Positions 8,572 to 17,817 are shown, counted from the stretch's first letter. The stretch is 33,498 bases of DNA from a bacterium (GCA_043801585.1 JAZDLX010000206.1:1-33498); one strand, 5' to 3'. The notes: a model not told the origin generated them from the sequence alone. Numbers and translations: made by a program.

Positions 8572-11343
8572 TCAATCTTGAGTGCCCTTCACGGTCTCAG
8601 CGCTGTCCACTGATGCGACTTTCAGTGACCGCCTCAACAGCACCATATACCACGGCAACAATTCGCCCCGGGTTTCGTAGCGGAACCGTCGAGGGTTGTA
8701 CACGTACCGTGGCGTCTCCTGTGCCATCTCGCCCAGAAGCGTCTTCATCGGCGGCACGCCCTCGACTCCGAAGCAGGAAGCAAGAACCTTCGTCTCGTCC
8801 GGCACGGGCTCGTTCGCCAGAGCGGGTACAAGCAATTCGCGGGCGTGAGCAGTATCTCCCTCCGTCGCGATAAGCCACGCGCGGTAGCCGACCGCGAGCG
8901 GATCTCCGGGAATCAACGACTCCGCTTCCGTAATCTGCTCCTCCGCGTCGGAGTAGTTACCCTTCGCGATCAGCATGCGTGCATAATCGAGACGCAACTC
9001 CACCACACCGCTGCGGAGCTGCACCGCCTGCCGGTACATGGAATCCGCCTCGATGAACGGTTCTGCGGTTCTGGATATCATTCCGCTGTCCGCAAGGGTC
9101 TCCGCATGTCCCCAAAGCGCTTCTGGCAGATCCGCCTGTACTGCCAACGCGCTGTCATAATTGGCCAACGCCGAAGTGAACGCTCCGGCGAGTTGCTGTT
9201 CGCGGGCGAGCGCCAGGTGCAGAGGGTAGCGGGGTTGAAGGGTCTTACGGGTCAATCCACGCTCAAGCACGCCGACAGCCGTTTCGTCTCTCGTGATCTC
9301 CGAAGAGTGTTTCAACGCCGTGGAAAGAAGCGCATATCCATCCGGTTCATCCGGGTAGCCCTTGATATAATTCTGCGCGGCGTCCACGGCGATCGAATCC
9401 ATTCCAAGCAGCGATGCCACCGTGGACCTCGCCGCGAGCACAGGCCGGGTGGACGAAAAGGAAGGATCGATTTTCTGCAAACGGCTCCAGGCGTGTTCCG
9501 CCCGCCCCTCTTCGAGGTCCTGGTAGGTGGCGTTGACGTGACCCTCCGTGTAGTACGGGGCCATGTCTTCAAGAGCGAGGAAATCGCGTACAATCGAAAC
9601 GAGGGCGGTGTCGCGCCCCAACCGTTCGCGGACAATCTCACGTTCGTCCCACTCGTCGATCGCGGGGGTGACAAAAGCGTTCACGCCTTCCGCGAAGTAC
9701 TCCCAGACCGTGGATGCCTGGTAACGCGACATAAAGACGTCTTTTCCATCGGCAGCCTGTGCCTTGGTGTTCTGATAGGCCTCCTGAAGCCGTTTCTTTT
9801 CGGGTGTCGTCAGCAGGCCGTGGACCTGGTGCGTCATTTCATGAACGACGGTGTTGTAGCCGCCGTAGAGCTGCCGCTCCACATCTTCGATGCCCGTTAC
9901 CGTGTGGAATCCCCCCGCGCCGCGCACGTCGTCCCAGAGGCGGCTGTCCAGGTTGATTCGCTGGTCGCGGAGCGGGGTCATGTACGGTGCGTTGGAGAGC
10001 AGCTCGTGGATCGGCTTGATATACAAAGTCGATCCCGTTTCCTGCAACACAGTCACAAACCGGCGCCAGGGATAGACTGACATGGTGACAACTTTTTTGT
10101 GACGTGGGGTCAGTTCGTTCCAGTTGAGCACATACTTTTCGATCTCCGGTACATTCGGTGTCGGGTCGGCAAGCAGTTTGTCATGGAAAGCGACACGGCG
10201 TTTTGAACGTTCGAGACGGCGGGTTTCCTGCACTTTCGCAAAGATCGCATGGGCGCGCCCATAGGCAGGAATCAGCTTCAGTGCTTCCTGGCAGAAGGCT
10301 TCCGAAAGGTCCACCTCCCCCTTCAGCCATGAGATTTCGGCGAGCATCGTTACCGGCTCGATCCAGCTTGCGTGAAGTCGGCGGAGTGCCATCAGGGAGT
10401 CGGCGGCCTCCGGGTAAAGGCCGGATTTCATCAATAATTTCGCGCCTTCCAGCTCATTGCGCTCATCGTCCGTTGCAGGAAAAGCTTCCGGATGGGCCTC
10501 TTCGATCTGCGTGTAGTTCCGGGAGGTGTAGCCGTTTCCGAGGAAATAATGTGCCTGTTCATGGTAAGGATTCACATCGAGTGTGAGTCCAAGCATCGTG
10601 ATCGCTTCTCGGATTCTCCCCAGGTAAATCAGGGTTCTGCCCATGGCAAACAGGGCGTCGTCGGAAAACCCGCCGTGTTTTACCGACCAGAGGAGCGTGT
10701 CGAGCGCTGCCTGATGTTTCTGCTTGCGGTTCAGTTCGTTCGCCGCACCGAGGAGGATTACACCGCGAAGTGCGTCATCGTCCGTGAGGTCGTAGGCTTC
10801 CTTGTAGCAAACCAGCGCGCTATCGAGATCGTGGCGGCGATCAGCAAGCCGGGCTTCGGCGAGCGCCTTGATCTCGTCGAGCAGGCCGGGCCAGTGGCTC
10901 CAGTAGGACATTCCGAGTTTGTCGAAACGCTCCGCTGCAAAGTCGGCGTCAAGGTCTCGCAGCGCCTTGGTCCAGTGAGGTGAAGTGATGTAGTCCTGCC
11001 CTTCAGGACGGCGGGGGTAGTCGTCCTGTGACAGTGTATAACGGCCACGCTTCATCATGGCCATGTCGAACAGCGCGGACACGCGGTCGTTCCAGGGACG
11101 CACGGCGGCGGTTTCAGGATCGCGGCACCAGACTCCGAGCTGCCAGGCGAGCACGGCGCGATCCATTCCCACGGCAGTGGTGTAGGAGGCTTTGAGGGAA
11201 TCCCGCACCTCGACCACATCTCGCACCAGCGGTGGGTAGGGGTCGCGGGTGTCCTGGGCGGCAAGGCTGGCGGTAAGCACGACTACAGTCAGCAGTAGCG
11301 CCAGCGACAGGCGCCGTTGTCCTCGTGTCATCTCCTCATCCAT
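8572..11343 (-). CDS. Secreted TPR-repeat protein with a central zinc metallopeptidase (zincin) domain
   Basis: Signal peptide ending SLAA-Q; TPR-like helices on both sides; HEMTH and downstream EYFAEG motif; start codon uncertain (11343 or 11331). Confidence 0.8.
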   Translation of the reverse strand: MDEEMTRGQRRLSLALLLTVVVLTASLAAQDTRDPYPPLVRDVVEVRDSLKASYTTAVGMDRAVLAWQLGVWCRDPETAAVRPWNDRVSALFDMAMMKRGRYTLSQDDYPRRPEGQDYITSPHWTKALRDLDADFAAERFDKLGMSYWSHWPGLLDEIKALAEARLADRRHDLDSALVCYKEAYDLTDDDALRGVILLGAANELNRKQKHQAALDTLLWSVKHGGFSDDALFAMGRTLIYLGRIREAITMLGLTLDVNPYHEQAHYFLGNGYTSRNYTQIEEAHPEAFPATDDERNELEGAKLLMKSGLYPEAADSLMALRRLHASWIEPVTMLAEISWLKGEVDLSEAFCQEALKLIPAYGRAHAIFAKVQETRRLERSKRRVAFHDKLLADPTPNVPEIEKYVLNWNELTPRHKKVVTMSVYPWRRFVTVLQETGSTLYIKPIHELLSNAPYMTPLRDQRINLDSRLWDDVRGAGGFHTVTGIEDVERQLYGGYNTVVHEMTHQVHGLLTTPEKKRLQEAYQNTKAQAADGKDVFMSRYQASTVWEYFAEGVNAFVTPAIDEWDEREIVRERLGRDTALVSIVRDFLALEDMAPYYTEGHVNATYQDLEEGRAEHAWSRLQKIDPSFSSTRPVLAARSTVASLLGMDSIAVDAAQNYIKGYPDEPDGYALLSTALKHSSEITRDETAVGVLERGLTRKTLQPRYPLHLALAREQQLAGAFTSALANYDSALAVQADLPEALWGHAETLADSGMISRTAEPFIEADSMYRQAVQLRSGVVELRLDYARMLIAKGNYSDAEEQITEAESLIPGDPLAVGYRAWLIATEGDTAHARELLVPALANEPVPDETKVLASCFGVEGVPPMKTLLGEMAQETPRYVYNPRRFRYETRGELLPWYMVLLRRSLKVASVDSAETVKGTQD

Positions 11344-11400
11344 GGCTAAACTCACAGAAAAAAGCCCGGCACACAGCCGGGTTTGTAAGGTACACCTGGT

Positions 11401-12462
11401 TCACGGTGTGAACAATGCAACGCAATCCTCGAGTCGTGCCCCTCGGTTTTCATCGCAAACTGCAAATTGCGACGAACCGTGCATGGTCACTCCGGCGTAT
11501 TGTCCATCTTTGCGGAGAAGATAGAATTTGAGGCCAAAGTTGGGACGTCCCTGCTCGTCGAGTAAATGTTTTTCCGTAGTATGTTTCGCTACTTCACGCA
11601 GCACTTCAAGCCCTGCGTCCACGGGATCGAGCCCCTGTTTCATCAACTGGACCGCTTGGAAGGAGCAGAGATTCTGGAGGTTTGCCTCGCCGCGGCCGGT
11701 TGACCCCACGGAACCGATTTCGTTGTCCACATAGAGTCCGGCTCCGATGATCGGGCTGTCGCCGACGCGTCCCGGGAGCTTGAAAAACAGCCCGCTGGTG
11801 GTGGTCACGCAGGAGAGGTCACCCGCCCGGTTCAGAGCGCCGAGGTGAATCGTGCCGGTGATTCGTTCGACAAGCGCCTTGATGTCCGGGTCCACCTGGT
11901 CAGGCGGTGGAGGCAGCCAGTCGTCGACGGGAGATAGCGTCTGTTTCCAGTAGAGCCAGATCCTGCGCGCCTTCTCTGTCAGCAGATCTTCTTCCTTAAA
12001 TCCCTGCGCCCTCGCGAAATCCAGCGCCCCGTCCCCTACCAGCAGGACGTGATCCGTCTGTTCCATCACAAGCTTCGCCACCTTGCTCGGATTTCGGATG
12101 TTCTGCAGGCTCGCCACCGCACCGGCACAGTGCGTGGGACCGTGCATCACCGCTGCGTCGAGCTCCACAATCCCCCGTTCGTTGGGAAGCCCTCCGTATC
12201 CCACCGAATAATCGTCCGGATCGTTCTCGACGAAATTCACCCCCGCGATCGCGGCATCGAGAGGGTCGTCGCCGGCTTCCATTTGTCGGACAGCGAGCTC
12301 CACCGCCTTCAGTCCGTTTGCCGACGAAATCGAGATAAGTACTTGTTTTCCCTTCTTCGGAGCTGCCTTTGTGGCAACCGGCGAGAAGGCAAACGGAAGC
12401 CCGGCCACCGCCGCCGCGGAGGTTCCCAGAAACTCCCGCCGTCCCATCTTCGTCAATCCCAT
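11401..12462 (-). CDS. Tat-exported asparaginase-2 family Ntn hydrolase (glycosylasparaginase / isoaspartyl peptidase-like)
   Basis: GRREFLG twin-arginine motif; SVGYGGLPN, ELDAAVM, GTI nucleophile, GRVGDSP, TGRGE; GAGGAGG RBS before ATG 12462. Confidence 0.9.
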   Translation of the reverse strand: MGLTKMGRREFLGTSAAAVAGLPFAFSPVATKAAPKKGKQVLISISSANGLKAVELAVRQMEAGDDPLDAAIAGVNFVENDPDDYSVGYGGLPNERGIVELDAAVMHGPTHCAGAVASLQNIRNPSKVAKLVMEQTDHVLLVGDGALDFARAQGFKEEDLLTEKARRIWLYWKQTLSPVDDWLPPPPDQVDPDIKALVERITGTIHLGALNRAGDLSCVTTTSGLFFKLPGRVGDSPIIGAGLYVDNEIGSVGSTGRGEANLQNLCSFQAVQLMKQGLDPVDAGLEVLREVAKHTTEKHLLDEQGRPNFGLKFYLLRKDGQYAGVTMHGSSQFAVCDENRGARLEDCVALFTP

Positions 12463-12679
12463 CGGTGTGTCCCTCCTCTGTTGCACTTAAGGGAAAGTAT
12501 CGACGGTGGCGGAAGGCGACAAGAGGTTGGTGGTTGGCGGAACGGATTATCGTTAAAAAACCTTAATCAAGGTCGCTTATTAATCGCCAGATACACTAAA
12601 AATAAAAGGTTGCACAGGGAGGCTTGCCCACAGCGGAGGACAGGAGTAGCTTTCAGAGTGGCGAAAGGGGAGGTGGGGG

Positions 12680-13015
12680 ATGGTCATCGAAGACGGCAAC
12701 GGGCGCTTGGACACACTTTTCGGCGCGCTTGCAAACGGTGTGCGGCGACGGATCCTCGAGCACCTTCTCCACGGCGAGGCGACGGTCACCGAATTGACAG
12801 ATCTCTGTAATGTGACCATGCCCTCAATCTCCCGCCACTTGAGCCAGCTTGGCGAGGCGGGCCTTGTCGAACGGCGGGTGGAGGGGCGGAAACGGTGGGT
12901 TCGGCTCGTTCCGGGTTCGCTGGAGCCGACGCGGGCATGGCTGCGCTCCCTGCCGAACGAATCGGGTGGCGGGTCCCTGGCGGATTACCTGAAACAACTT
13001 GGAAACAAGGAATAA
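12680..13015 (+). CDS. ArsR/SmtB family transcriptional regulator
   Basis: FGALANGVRRRILEHL, winged HTH SISRHLSQLGEAGLV; GGAGG RBS. Confidence 0.9.
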   Translation: MVIEDGNGRLDTLFGALANGVRRRILEHLLHGEATVTELTDLCNVTMPSISRHLSQLGEAGLVERRVEGRKRWVRLVPGSLEPTRAWLRSLPNESGGGSLADYLKQLGNKE

Positions 13016-13149
13016 CAGGGCTCTCGGCAGGACAGGGCACATGTAATGAACATCGAGGGAGTGAAAGCTGTCACGAGAGGAGATGTATATTTGAGGGAAT
13101 TCCCCCGGAGTGCAAACCGGGTCAGAGCGGAAGCGAGGAGAAGGGTACA

Positions 13150-14706
13150 ATGAACGCCTATCGGGTCAAACGGGCCAAAGCGCGAACAAAATTGCGTTCG
13201 AGTCGAATGGGAAAAAGCGGCAGGAGCGCCGGTGTCGGGCTGGGCGAAATTCTCGTGCTGCTTGTGGTTGCTTTGGTGGTTCTGATCGCAGTGAATTCTC
13301 CCTCTTTCACGCATCGGGAAATTCGATCGTCGGAACTTTTCCGGATGTACACCCCGGAACAGCTTCAGGACGATCTTGCATTCCTTGTCGACCGCCTCGA
13401 AACTCTCCATCCGGATCTGTATGCGCACGTTTCCAACGAGGAAATTCACGCGGAAGTCCAGCGCATCGAGGGCGAACTGGTGGCCCCGATGAACCGCATC
13501 GGTTTCTACAGGCTCGTCGCTCCCCTCCTCTCCCGTTTCCGCGATCCACTGACAACCATCGCGATACCCTACGAGGAACGCAACGATTACCTCGAGCAGG
13601 GAGCGTTGCTCCTGCCGCTGGATCTTGAGGTTACGGAAGATCAGGTGACCGTTTCGCACAACTACTCCAGCGACACCCTTGTCGCCGCAGGGTCCAACGT
13701 CCTGTCGATCAACAATACCCCCATCGAGCAACTCCGGGAGCGTCTTGTCCAATACATCAGCGGAACCACCGATCCCTACCGTTACTGGAGACTTGGACAG
13801 CACTGGCGGGAACTTGAATGGCTGGTTTATGGCTTTGAAAGCCCCTTTGAGGTTGTTGTGCGGCGGCCGGGAATCCGTGGTGGACCGGTCGCTCGAAACC
13901 TCCTTGGAGTTCAACAGGCGGCCATTGACGAGGACCGAAAAAACGGCCTGGTAGTTGAGGAAACACAGGATCCTTGGGAATACTCGTTCCAGCGCAGGGA
14001 GAGCACCGGGCTCGTCACAGTGAATGAGCTGGAGGACTACCCGAATCTGGATGCGTCCATGGACAATCTCCTCGCAGAACTGGAATCCGACGGCGCCAGC
14101 GCCCTGGTTCTCGACCTGCGGGGGACGACCGGTTCAGGATATCACGCGGTTCAGACGATTCTCTCCCGGCTCTCGGACAGGTTGATTCCCGTCATCATGG
14201 CGAGCGAGATCCGTTCCACGAAAACATCCCGTCTCTGGTTTGCACGGACACTGCCTCTGTATGAACGGTTCTATCCTCCTCTCTTCGACAAAGGGTTGGG
14301 GAAACTGTGGAAAACACCGATCGGGTCGATGATGCAACTCCCGGACGAGGTGACTCTGGTTCCGGCGAACCGCCGCTATCACGGTTCCGTTTTCGTCCTC
14401 GTGAACGGCCGGTCGGGTCCGGCAGCATCGCTTCTGGCGGGCCTGATTCAGTCCTCAAAGCTCGGTACGGTGATCGGACGCGAGGAGGCCACCGCGGCAA
14501 CCGGCATCAATGGCGAATCTTTCGGCTTCGATCTGCCGAACACCCGTCTCTGGGTGAAACTCCCTCTCGCGAAGCAGGTGATGAGCGCGGCGATGAAGTC
14601 GGTGATCCCGGATGTGATCGTAGAACCGACGAATTATGAGTTGCGTCGCGGTCTCGATAGTGTACTCGTTCGAGCCTTGCTGATGGCGAGTCGCTCCACA
14701 CCATGA
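13150..14706 (+). CDS. S41-family peptidase homologue, membrane-anchored, probably catalytically degenerate
   Basis: N-terminal TM; QLQDDL..L...HPDLY, PDZ-like segment, LVLDLRG, VFVLVNGRSGPAAS, LPNT, VIPDVIVEP; start could also be 13207. Confidence 0.8.
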   Translation: MNAYRVKRAKARTKLRSSRMGKSGRSAGVGLGEILVLLVVALVVLIAVNSPSFTHREIRSSELFRMYTPEQLQDDLAFLVDRLETLHPDLYAHVSNEEIHAEVQRIEGELVAPMNRIGFYRLVAPLLSRFRDPLTTIAIPYEERNDYLEQGALLLPLDLEVTEDQVTVSHNYSSDTLVAAGSNVLSINNTPIEQLRERLVQYISGTTDPYRYWRLGQHWRELEWLVYGFESPFEVVVRRPGIRGGPVARNLLGVQQAAIDEDRKNGLVVEETQDPWEYSFQRRESTGLVTVNELEDYPNLDASMDNLLAELESDGASALVLDLRGTTGSGYHAVQTILSRLSDRLIPVIMASEIRSTKTSRLWFARTLPLYERFYPPLFDKGLGKLWKTPIGSMMQLPDEVTLVPANRRYHGSVFVLVNGRSGPAASLLAGLIQSSKLGTVIGREEATAATGINGESFGFDLPNTRLWVKLPLAKQVMSAAMKSVIPDVIVEPTNYELRRGLDSVLVRALLMASRSTP

Positions 14707-14723
14707 CAGGCCGTGGAGAGTGT

Positions 14724-14763
14724 GACAGAGAAAAGGCCCGCAATCGCGGGCCTTTTCTCTGTC
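14724..14763. terminator. Bidirectional intrinsic terminator
   Basis: GACAGAGAAAAGGCCCGC-AATC-GCGGGCCTTTTCTCTGTC, a perfect 18-bp stem between convergent genes. Confidence 0.9.
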
Positions 14764-14772
14764 GTGAATTCG

Positions 14773-15123
14773 TTATTGTTCCTCCGGCCGCCACCACCCC
14801 TTGGTGGGCGTTTCCGACGGCGAGCAGACCATCACGTACTGCATCCGGATTTCCTTGACGATCGTCTGGCGTGCTTCGATGTCCTCCTCCGGGAAGTAAA
14901 AGACAGCGTAATGGAGGGACTTCCCCGTATGTTCCGCCCAACAGGAGCGGCGGGGATGCATTTTCACCGTCTCCGCGACATTCTCTCCCTCATCGACGTC
15001 GAGCATGCTGTAGCGTTCGCCCTCTTCGAGCGAAAGAATCGTGAAGACACCAGCTTTCGCCTTCAGTTCAGATTCGTCCGGAAAGGGACCGTCAAAGGAA
15101 AACCAGCCGATCTCGATGCTCAT
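14773..15123 (-). CDS. Hypothetical protein, possibly GIY-YIG-like fold
   Basis: GAGG RBS and terminator downstream; pattern FDGPF...AGVFTIL...LDVDEG..V....HPRRSCW. Confidence 0.65.
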   Translation of the reverse strand: MSIEIGWFSFDGPFPDESELKAKAGVFTILSLEEGERYSMLDVDEGENVAETVKMHPRRSCWAEHTGKSLHYAVFYFPEEDIEARQTIVKEIRMQYVMVCSPSETPTKGWWRPEEQ

Positions 15124-15255
15124 CCTCACAACCTCGTCGTGCGTTGTTTCCTTCGAGCTGCAAAATAGGGTCCGTTGACAGAACTGCCGGCCTTCACGAT
15201 CACCAGGAGAGGCAGGCGAGACTTCCCGTCATGGCCCCCCGTGGCTCGGACCTCC

Positions 15256-15281
15256 TGCAACATCTGCCCTCTCTGCGCATC
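15256..15281 (+). promoter_or_regulatory. Putative ECF-sigma promoter of the redox operon
   Basis: TGCAAC-N16-CATC resembles ECF (AAC / CRTC) consensus, about 110 nt upstream of an operon encoding an ECF sigma. Confidence 0.4.
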
Positions 15282-15391
15282 CTAGGGAAGAACGAAAAAG
15301 GACACAAGAGTACGGTTCATGTTCAGATAGCTTTATTTGAAACAGCCTGTGTCCTGAAAGCAACCATTTTAATTTCAAGAAGGTAGAAAGA

Positions 15392-16036
15392 ATGTCAATC
15401 CTCAGAGACAAGGACAGGGAAGCCGTTCGCCAGCGGTTGAACGAGATGACCGGTAAGGCGAAACTGGTTTTTTTCATGCAGGAAATTGAGTGCCAGTACT
15501 GCCGGGAAACCGGCGAGCTGCTCCAGGAGGTTGCCGAGCTCTCCGACAAGCTCGAGCTGGAGGTCTTCAACTTCGTCGTCGACAAAGAGGTGACGGAGAA
15601 GTACAACATCGCCCAGATCCCGGCGATCGTGATCCTCGGCGAGGATGGAGTCGACTACGGCATCCGTTACTACGGCATCCCCAGCGGCTACGAGTTCGCC
15701 AGCCTGCTCGAGGACATCCTGATGGTATCGGCCAACGACAGCGGCCTCGAGGAGGAGACCCGCCAGGCACTCGCCGGCCTGGAGAGTCCGGTGCACATGC
15801 AGGTCTTTGTTACCCCCACCTGCCCCTACTGCCCCGGCGCGGTTCGTCTTGCGCATCAAATGGCGTTCGAGTCCGACAAGGTTCGCGCGGACATGGTGGA
15901 AGCGTCAGAATTTCCGCATCTTGCGATGAAATACAACGTGCAGGGAGTGCCACGCACGGTGATTAACGAGACGCATGCGGTCGAGGGCATGATGCCCGAG
16001 TCGATGATTCTTCAGGAGGTTCTGAAGGCGGTATAA
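15392..16036 (+). CDS. Protein disulfide oxidoreductase (PDO / AhpF N-terminal-like, two thioredoxin folds)
   Basis: CQYC and CPYC motifs, GIPSGYEFASLL, VQGVP; no signal peptide. Confidence 0.93.
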   Translation: MSILRDKDREAVRQRLNEMTGKAKLVFFMQEIECQYCRETGELLQEVAELSDKLELEVFNFVVDKEVTEKYNIAQIPAIVILGEDGVDYGIRYYGIPSGYEFASLLEDILMVSANDSGLEEETRQALAGLESPVHMQVFVTPTCPYCPGAVRLAHQMAFESDKVRADMVEASEFPHLAMKYNVQGVPRTVINETHAVEGMMPESMILQEVLKAV

Positions 16037-16073
16037 CCGGTTCCAGCGCTGCGAGGTTCTTATTTTGTCCGCC

Positions 16074-16709
16074 ATGGATGAGGCAAAAAAAACGGGCGCT
16101 ACGGATCTCGTTGCGATTCGGGATGATGCCGGTCTTGTACGGAAGGCTGTTGCCGGAGATGCTTCCGCGAAAGGTGAGATTGTCGAACGCCACATGCGCA
16201 ATGTGTACAATCTCGCGCTGCGCTTGACGGGCAATCCGGACGAAGCCGAGAACGTTCTTCAGGATACGTTCCTGAAGGTGTTTGAAAAGCTCAACGACTT
16301 CCGGGCCGACAGTCAGCTTGGCACCTGGATTCATCGCATCGCGACGAACGAAGCCCTGATGCGGTTGCGCTCGAAGAAGGGCAAATGGTTTGTCCCGATC
16401 GAAGAGGAGCCGGTGAACGGCGAGGAAACCGGTGATATTGGCTTCATCGTCCAGTCGCTGGACCGTGATCCGCTTACGTTGACGCTTGACGATGAGCTGC
16501 GTAAGAAGTTGGAAAAAGCTATTCTTTCTCTGCCGGAGACCCTGCGTACGGCGTTCGTGCTAAAGGATCTGGAAGGGCTGTCCATGGCGGAGATCGGCGA
16601 GAAAATGGGCAAGACAGTCGCTGCCGTGAAAGCGGATTTGCATCGTGCACGGCTGAGACTGCGCGGCAGACTCGCCGAATTCGTGGACGGGAGGGACCAT
16701 GGAGCCTAA
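16074..16709 (+). CDS. ECF RNA polymerase sigma-70 factor
   Basis: Region 2 EAENVLQDTFLK...TWIHRIATN; region 4 LPETLRTAFVLKDLEGLS..EI...VKADLHRAR. Confidence 0.95.
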   Translation: MDEAKKTGATDLVAIRDDAGLVRKAVAGDASAKGEIVERHMRNVYNLALRLTGNPDEAENVLQDTFLKVFEKLNDFRADSQLGTWIHRIATNEALMRLRSKKGKWFVPIEEEPVNGEETGDIGFIVQSLDRDPLTLTLDDELRKKLEKAILSLPETLRTAFVLKDLEGLSMAEIGEKMGKTVAAVKADLHRARLRLRGRLAEFVDGRDHGA

Positions 16710-16986
16710 GACGTCAAAGGTCGATGAAAAACTGCTGACACCACAGCAGCTCTGCGACGCCCTCGAGGTGTACCTTGGGCACGAAAAGGGGAGGAAGAAA
16801 TGCCGTGAGCTGCTGACCAAACTCGAGAACGATCCATCGTGGAAAGCGCAGCTAAACACCCTGAGCTGTACGGTCCAGGTTTATCAAAAATGCGAAGGTG
16901 TTGAGGTGCCGGATGAAGTTTCCTACCGCCTCAAGACCGTACTTGACCTCGCCGATCCCGAAGCGGAGTGCAAGGATGACAAGTAG
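16699..16986 (+). CDS. Putative soluble anti-sigma factor (degenerate zf-HC2/ZAS-like)
   Basis: Overlaps the sigma 3' end; LCDALEVYLG...CREL..KLENDPSW...L..TV..Y...VP aligns by eye to ZAS proteins. Confidence 0.7.
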   Translation: MEPKTSKVDEKLLTPQQLCDALEVYLGHEKGRKKCRELLTKLENDPSWKAQLNTLSCTVQVYQKCEGVEVPDEVSYRLKTVLDLADPEAECKDDK

Positions 16987-17215
16987 GGCAAAACACAGAG
17001 GACTGCAGATCGGCGGAGCCCTGCTCGGCGCGGTTGGCGGTTTTCTCTACTACAAGTTCGTCGGTTGCGCCTCGGGGACCTGTCCCCTGACCTCAGAGCC
17101 GTTTTTTCCCGCGGCTTGGGGTGCGCTGTTCGGTTGGCTCCTGTTCGGGCCGGGGCCGAAGAAAACGGTGGACACGAAAGCACAGGCTGCCCGCAACGAC
17201 CCGCTGGAGATCTGA
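16976..17215 (+). CDS. Small two-TM membrane protein with a CxxxxC loop (DUF6132-like)
   Basis: GAVGGFLYYKFVGCASGTCPLTSEP followed by a second hydrophobic helix; GGAG RBS before ATG 16976. Confidence 0.85.
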   Translation: MTSRAKHRGLQIGGALLGAVGGFLYYKFVGCASGTCPLTSEPFFPAAWGALFGWLLFGPGPKKTVDTKAQAARNDPLEI

Positions 17216-17216
17216 G

Positions 17217-17798
17217 ATGAGATACATTACGACCCTGACGCTGGCTCTTGTGCTGGTGCTTGGTGGATGTTCAAAGGGGGATGCGCAGGCTGGAAGCAGC
17301 TCAAAGAAAAGCGCTCAAACCCAGGTCGCTGCGTCCAACGATGATGCGGTCAAACTGGGTTTGCTGCCTGCCGACAAGGCCCCAACGGCTCCGGATTGGG
17401 AACTGCAGACAGTAGAGGGCGGAACGCTGAAGCTCTCGTCCTTCCGCGGCAAGGTAGTGATCCTCGATTTCTGGGACACCTGGTGTCCGCCCTGCAAGGC
17501 TGAAATTCCCGGTTTCATCAAACTTTATGACCAGTACAGGGACAAGGGGCTCGTGGTCATTGGCGCTGCATTCGGCAACAACGGTCCTGACGCAGTGAAG
17601 GAATTCGTCCAGGAGTGGGAGATGAACTACCCGGTCGTCTTCATCACCCCGGAGGTGAACCGGCTCTACGGCGGCATACAGTCAATCCCGACAACCTTTA
17701 TCATCGACACCGAGGGGCGTGCCCGCGGCATGCACGTCGGCTTCGCCGAAAAGGAAGTGTTCGAACGTGAAATCAAGGCGCTCCTGCCAAACGGCTGA
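17217..17798 (+). CDS. TlpA/ResA-like thiol:disulfide oxidoreductase lipoprotein
   Basis: Lipobox LGG-C, GKVVILDFWDTWCPPC, IQSIPTTFIID. Confidence 0.93.
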   Translation: MRYITTLTLALVLVLGGCSKGDAQAGSSSKKSAQTQVAASNDDAVKLGLLPADKAPTAPDWELQTVEGGTLKLSSFRGKVVILDFWDTWCPPCKAEIPGFIKLYDQYRDKGLVVIGAAFGNNGPDAVKEFVQEWEMNYPVVFITPEVNRLYGGIQSIPTTFIIDTEGRARGMHVGFAEKEVFEREIKALLPNG

Positions 17799-17817
17799 CC
17801 GGACATCCGAATTGAGT

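Noticed and set aside
8231..8575. 114-aa ORF between lepB and the TPR peptidase
   Set aside because: It is the translation of REP-like repeats (VMLNAVKHL); same for 23412-23690 and 30067-30639
8845..10080. Long antisense ORFs (411 aa here; also 18176-19246, 23570-24796, 26101-27072, 28858-30045, 30928-31698)
   Set aside because: Shadow frames of GC-rich genes with clear family motifs on the opposite strand; no motifs of their own
12895..13149. N-terminal extensions in the ORF track (S41 from 12895, hpt from 20624, oxidoreductase from 449, TlpA from 17121)
   Set aside because: They overlap upstream genes or promoter regions; downstream starts match family N-termini and mostly have better RBS
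15392..17798. Selenocysteine (UGA) recoding in the redox genes
   Set aside because: All CxxC motifs use Cys codons, and stop codons fall at expected protein ends
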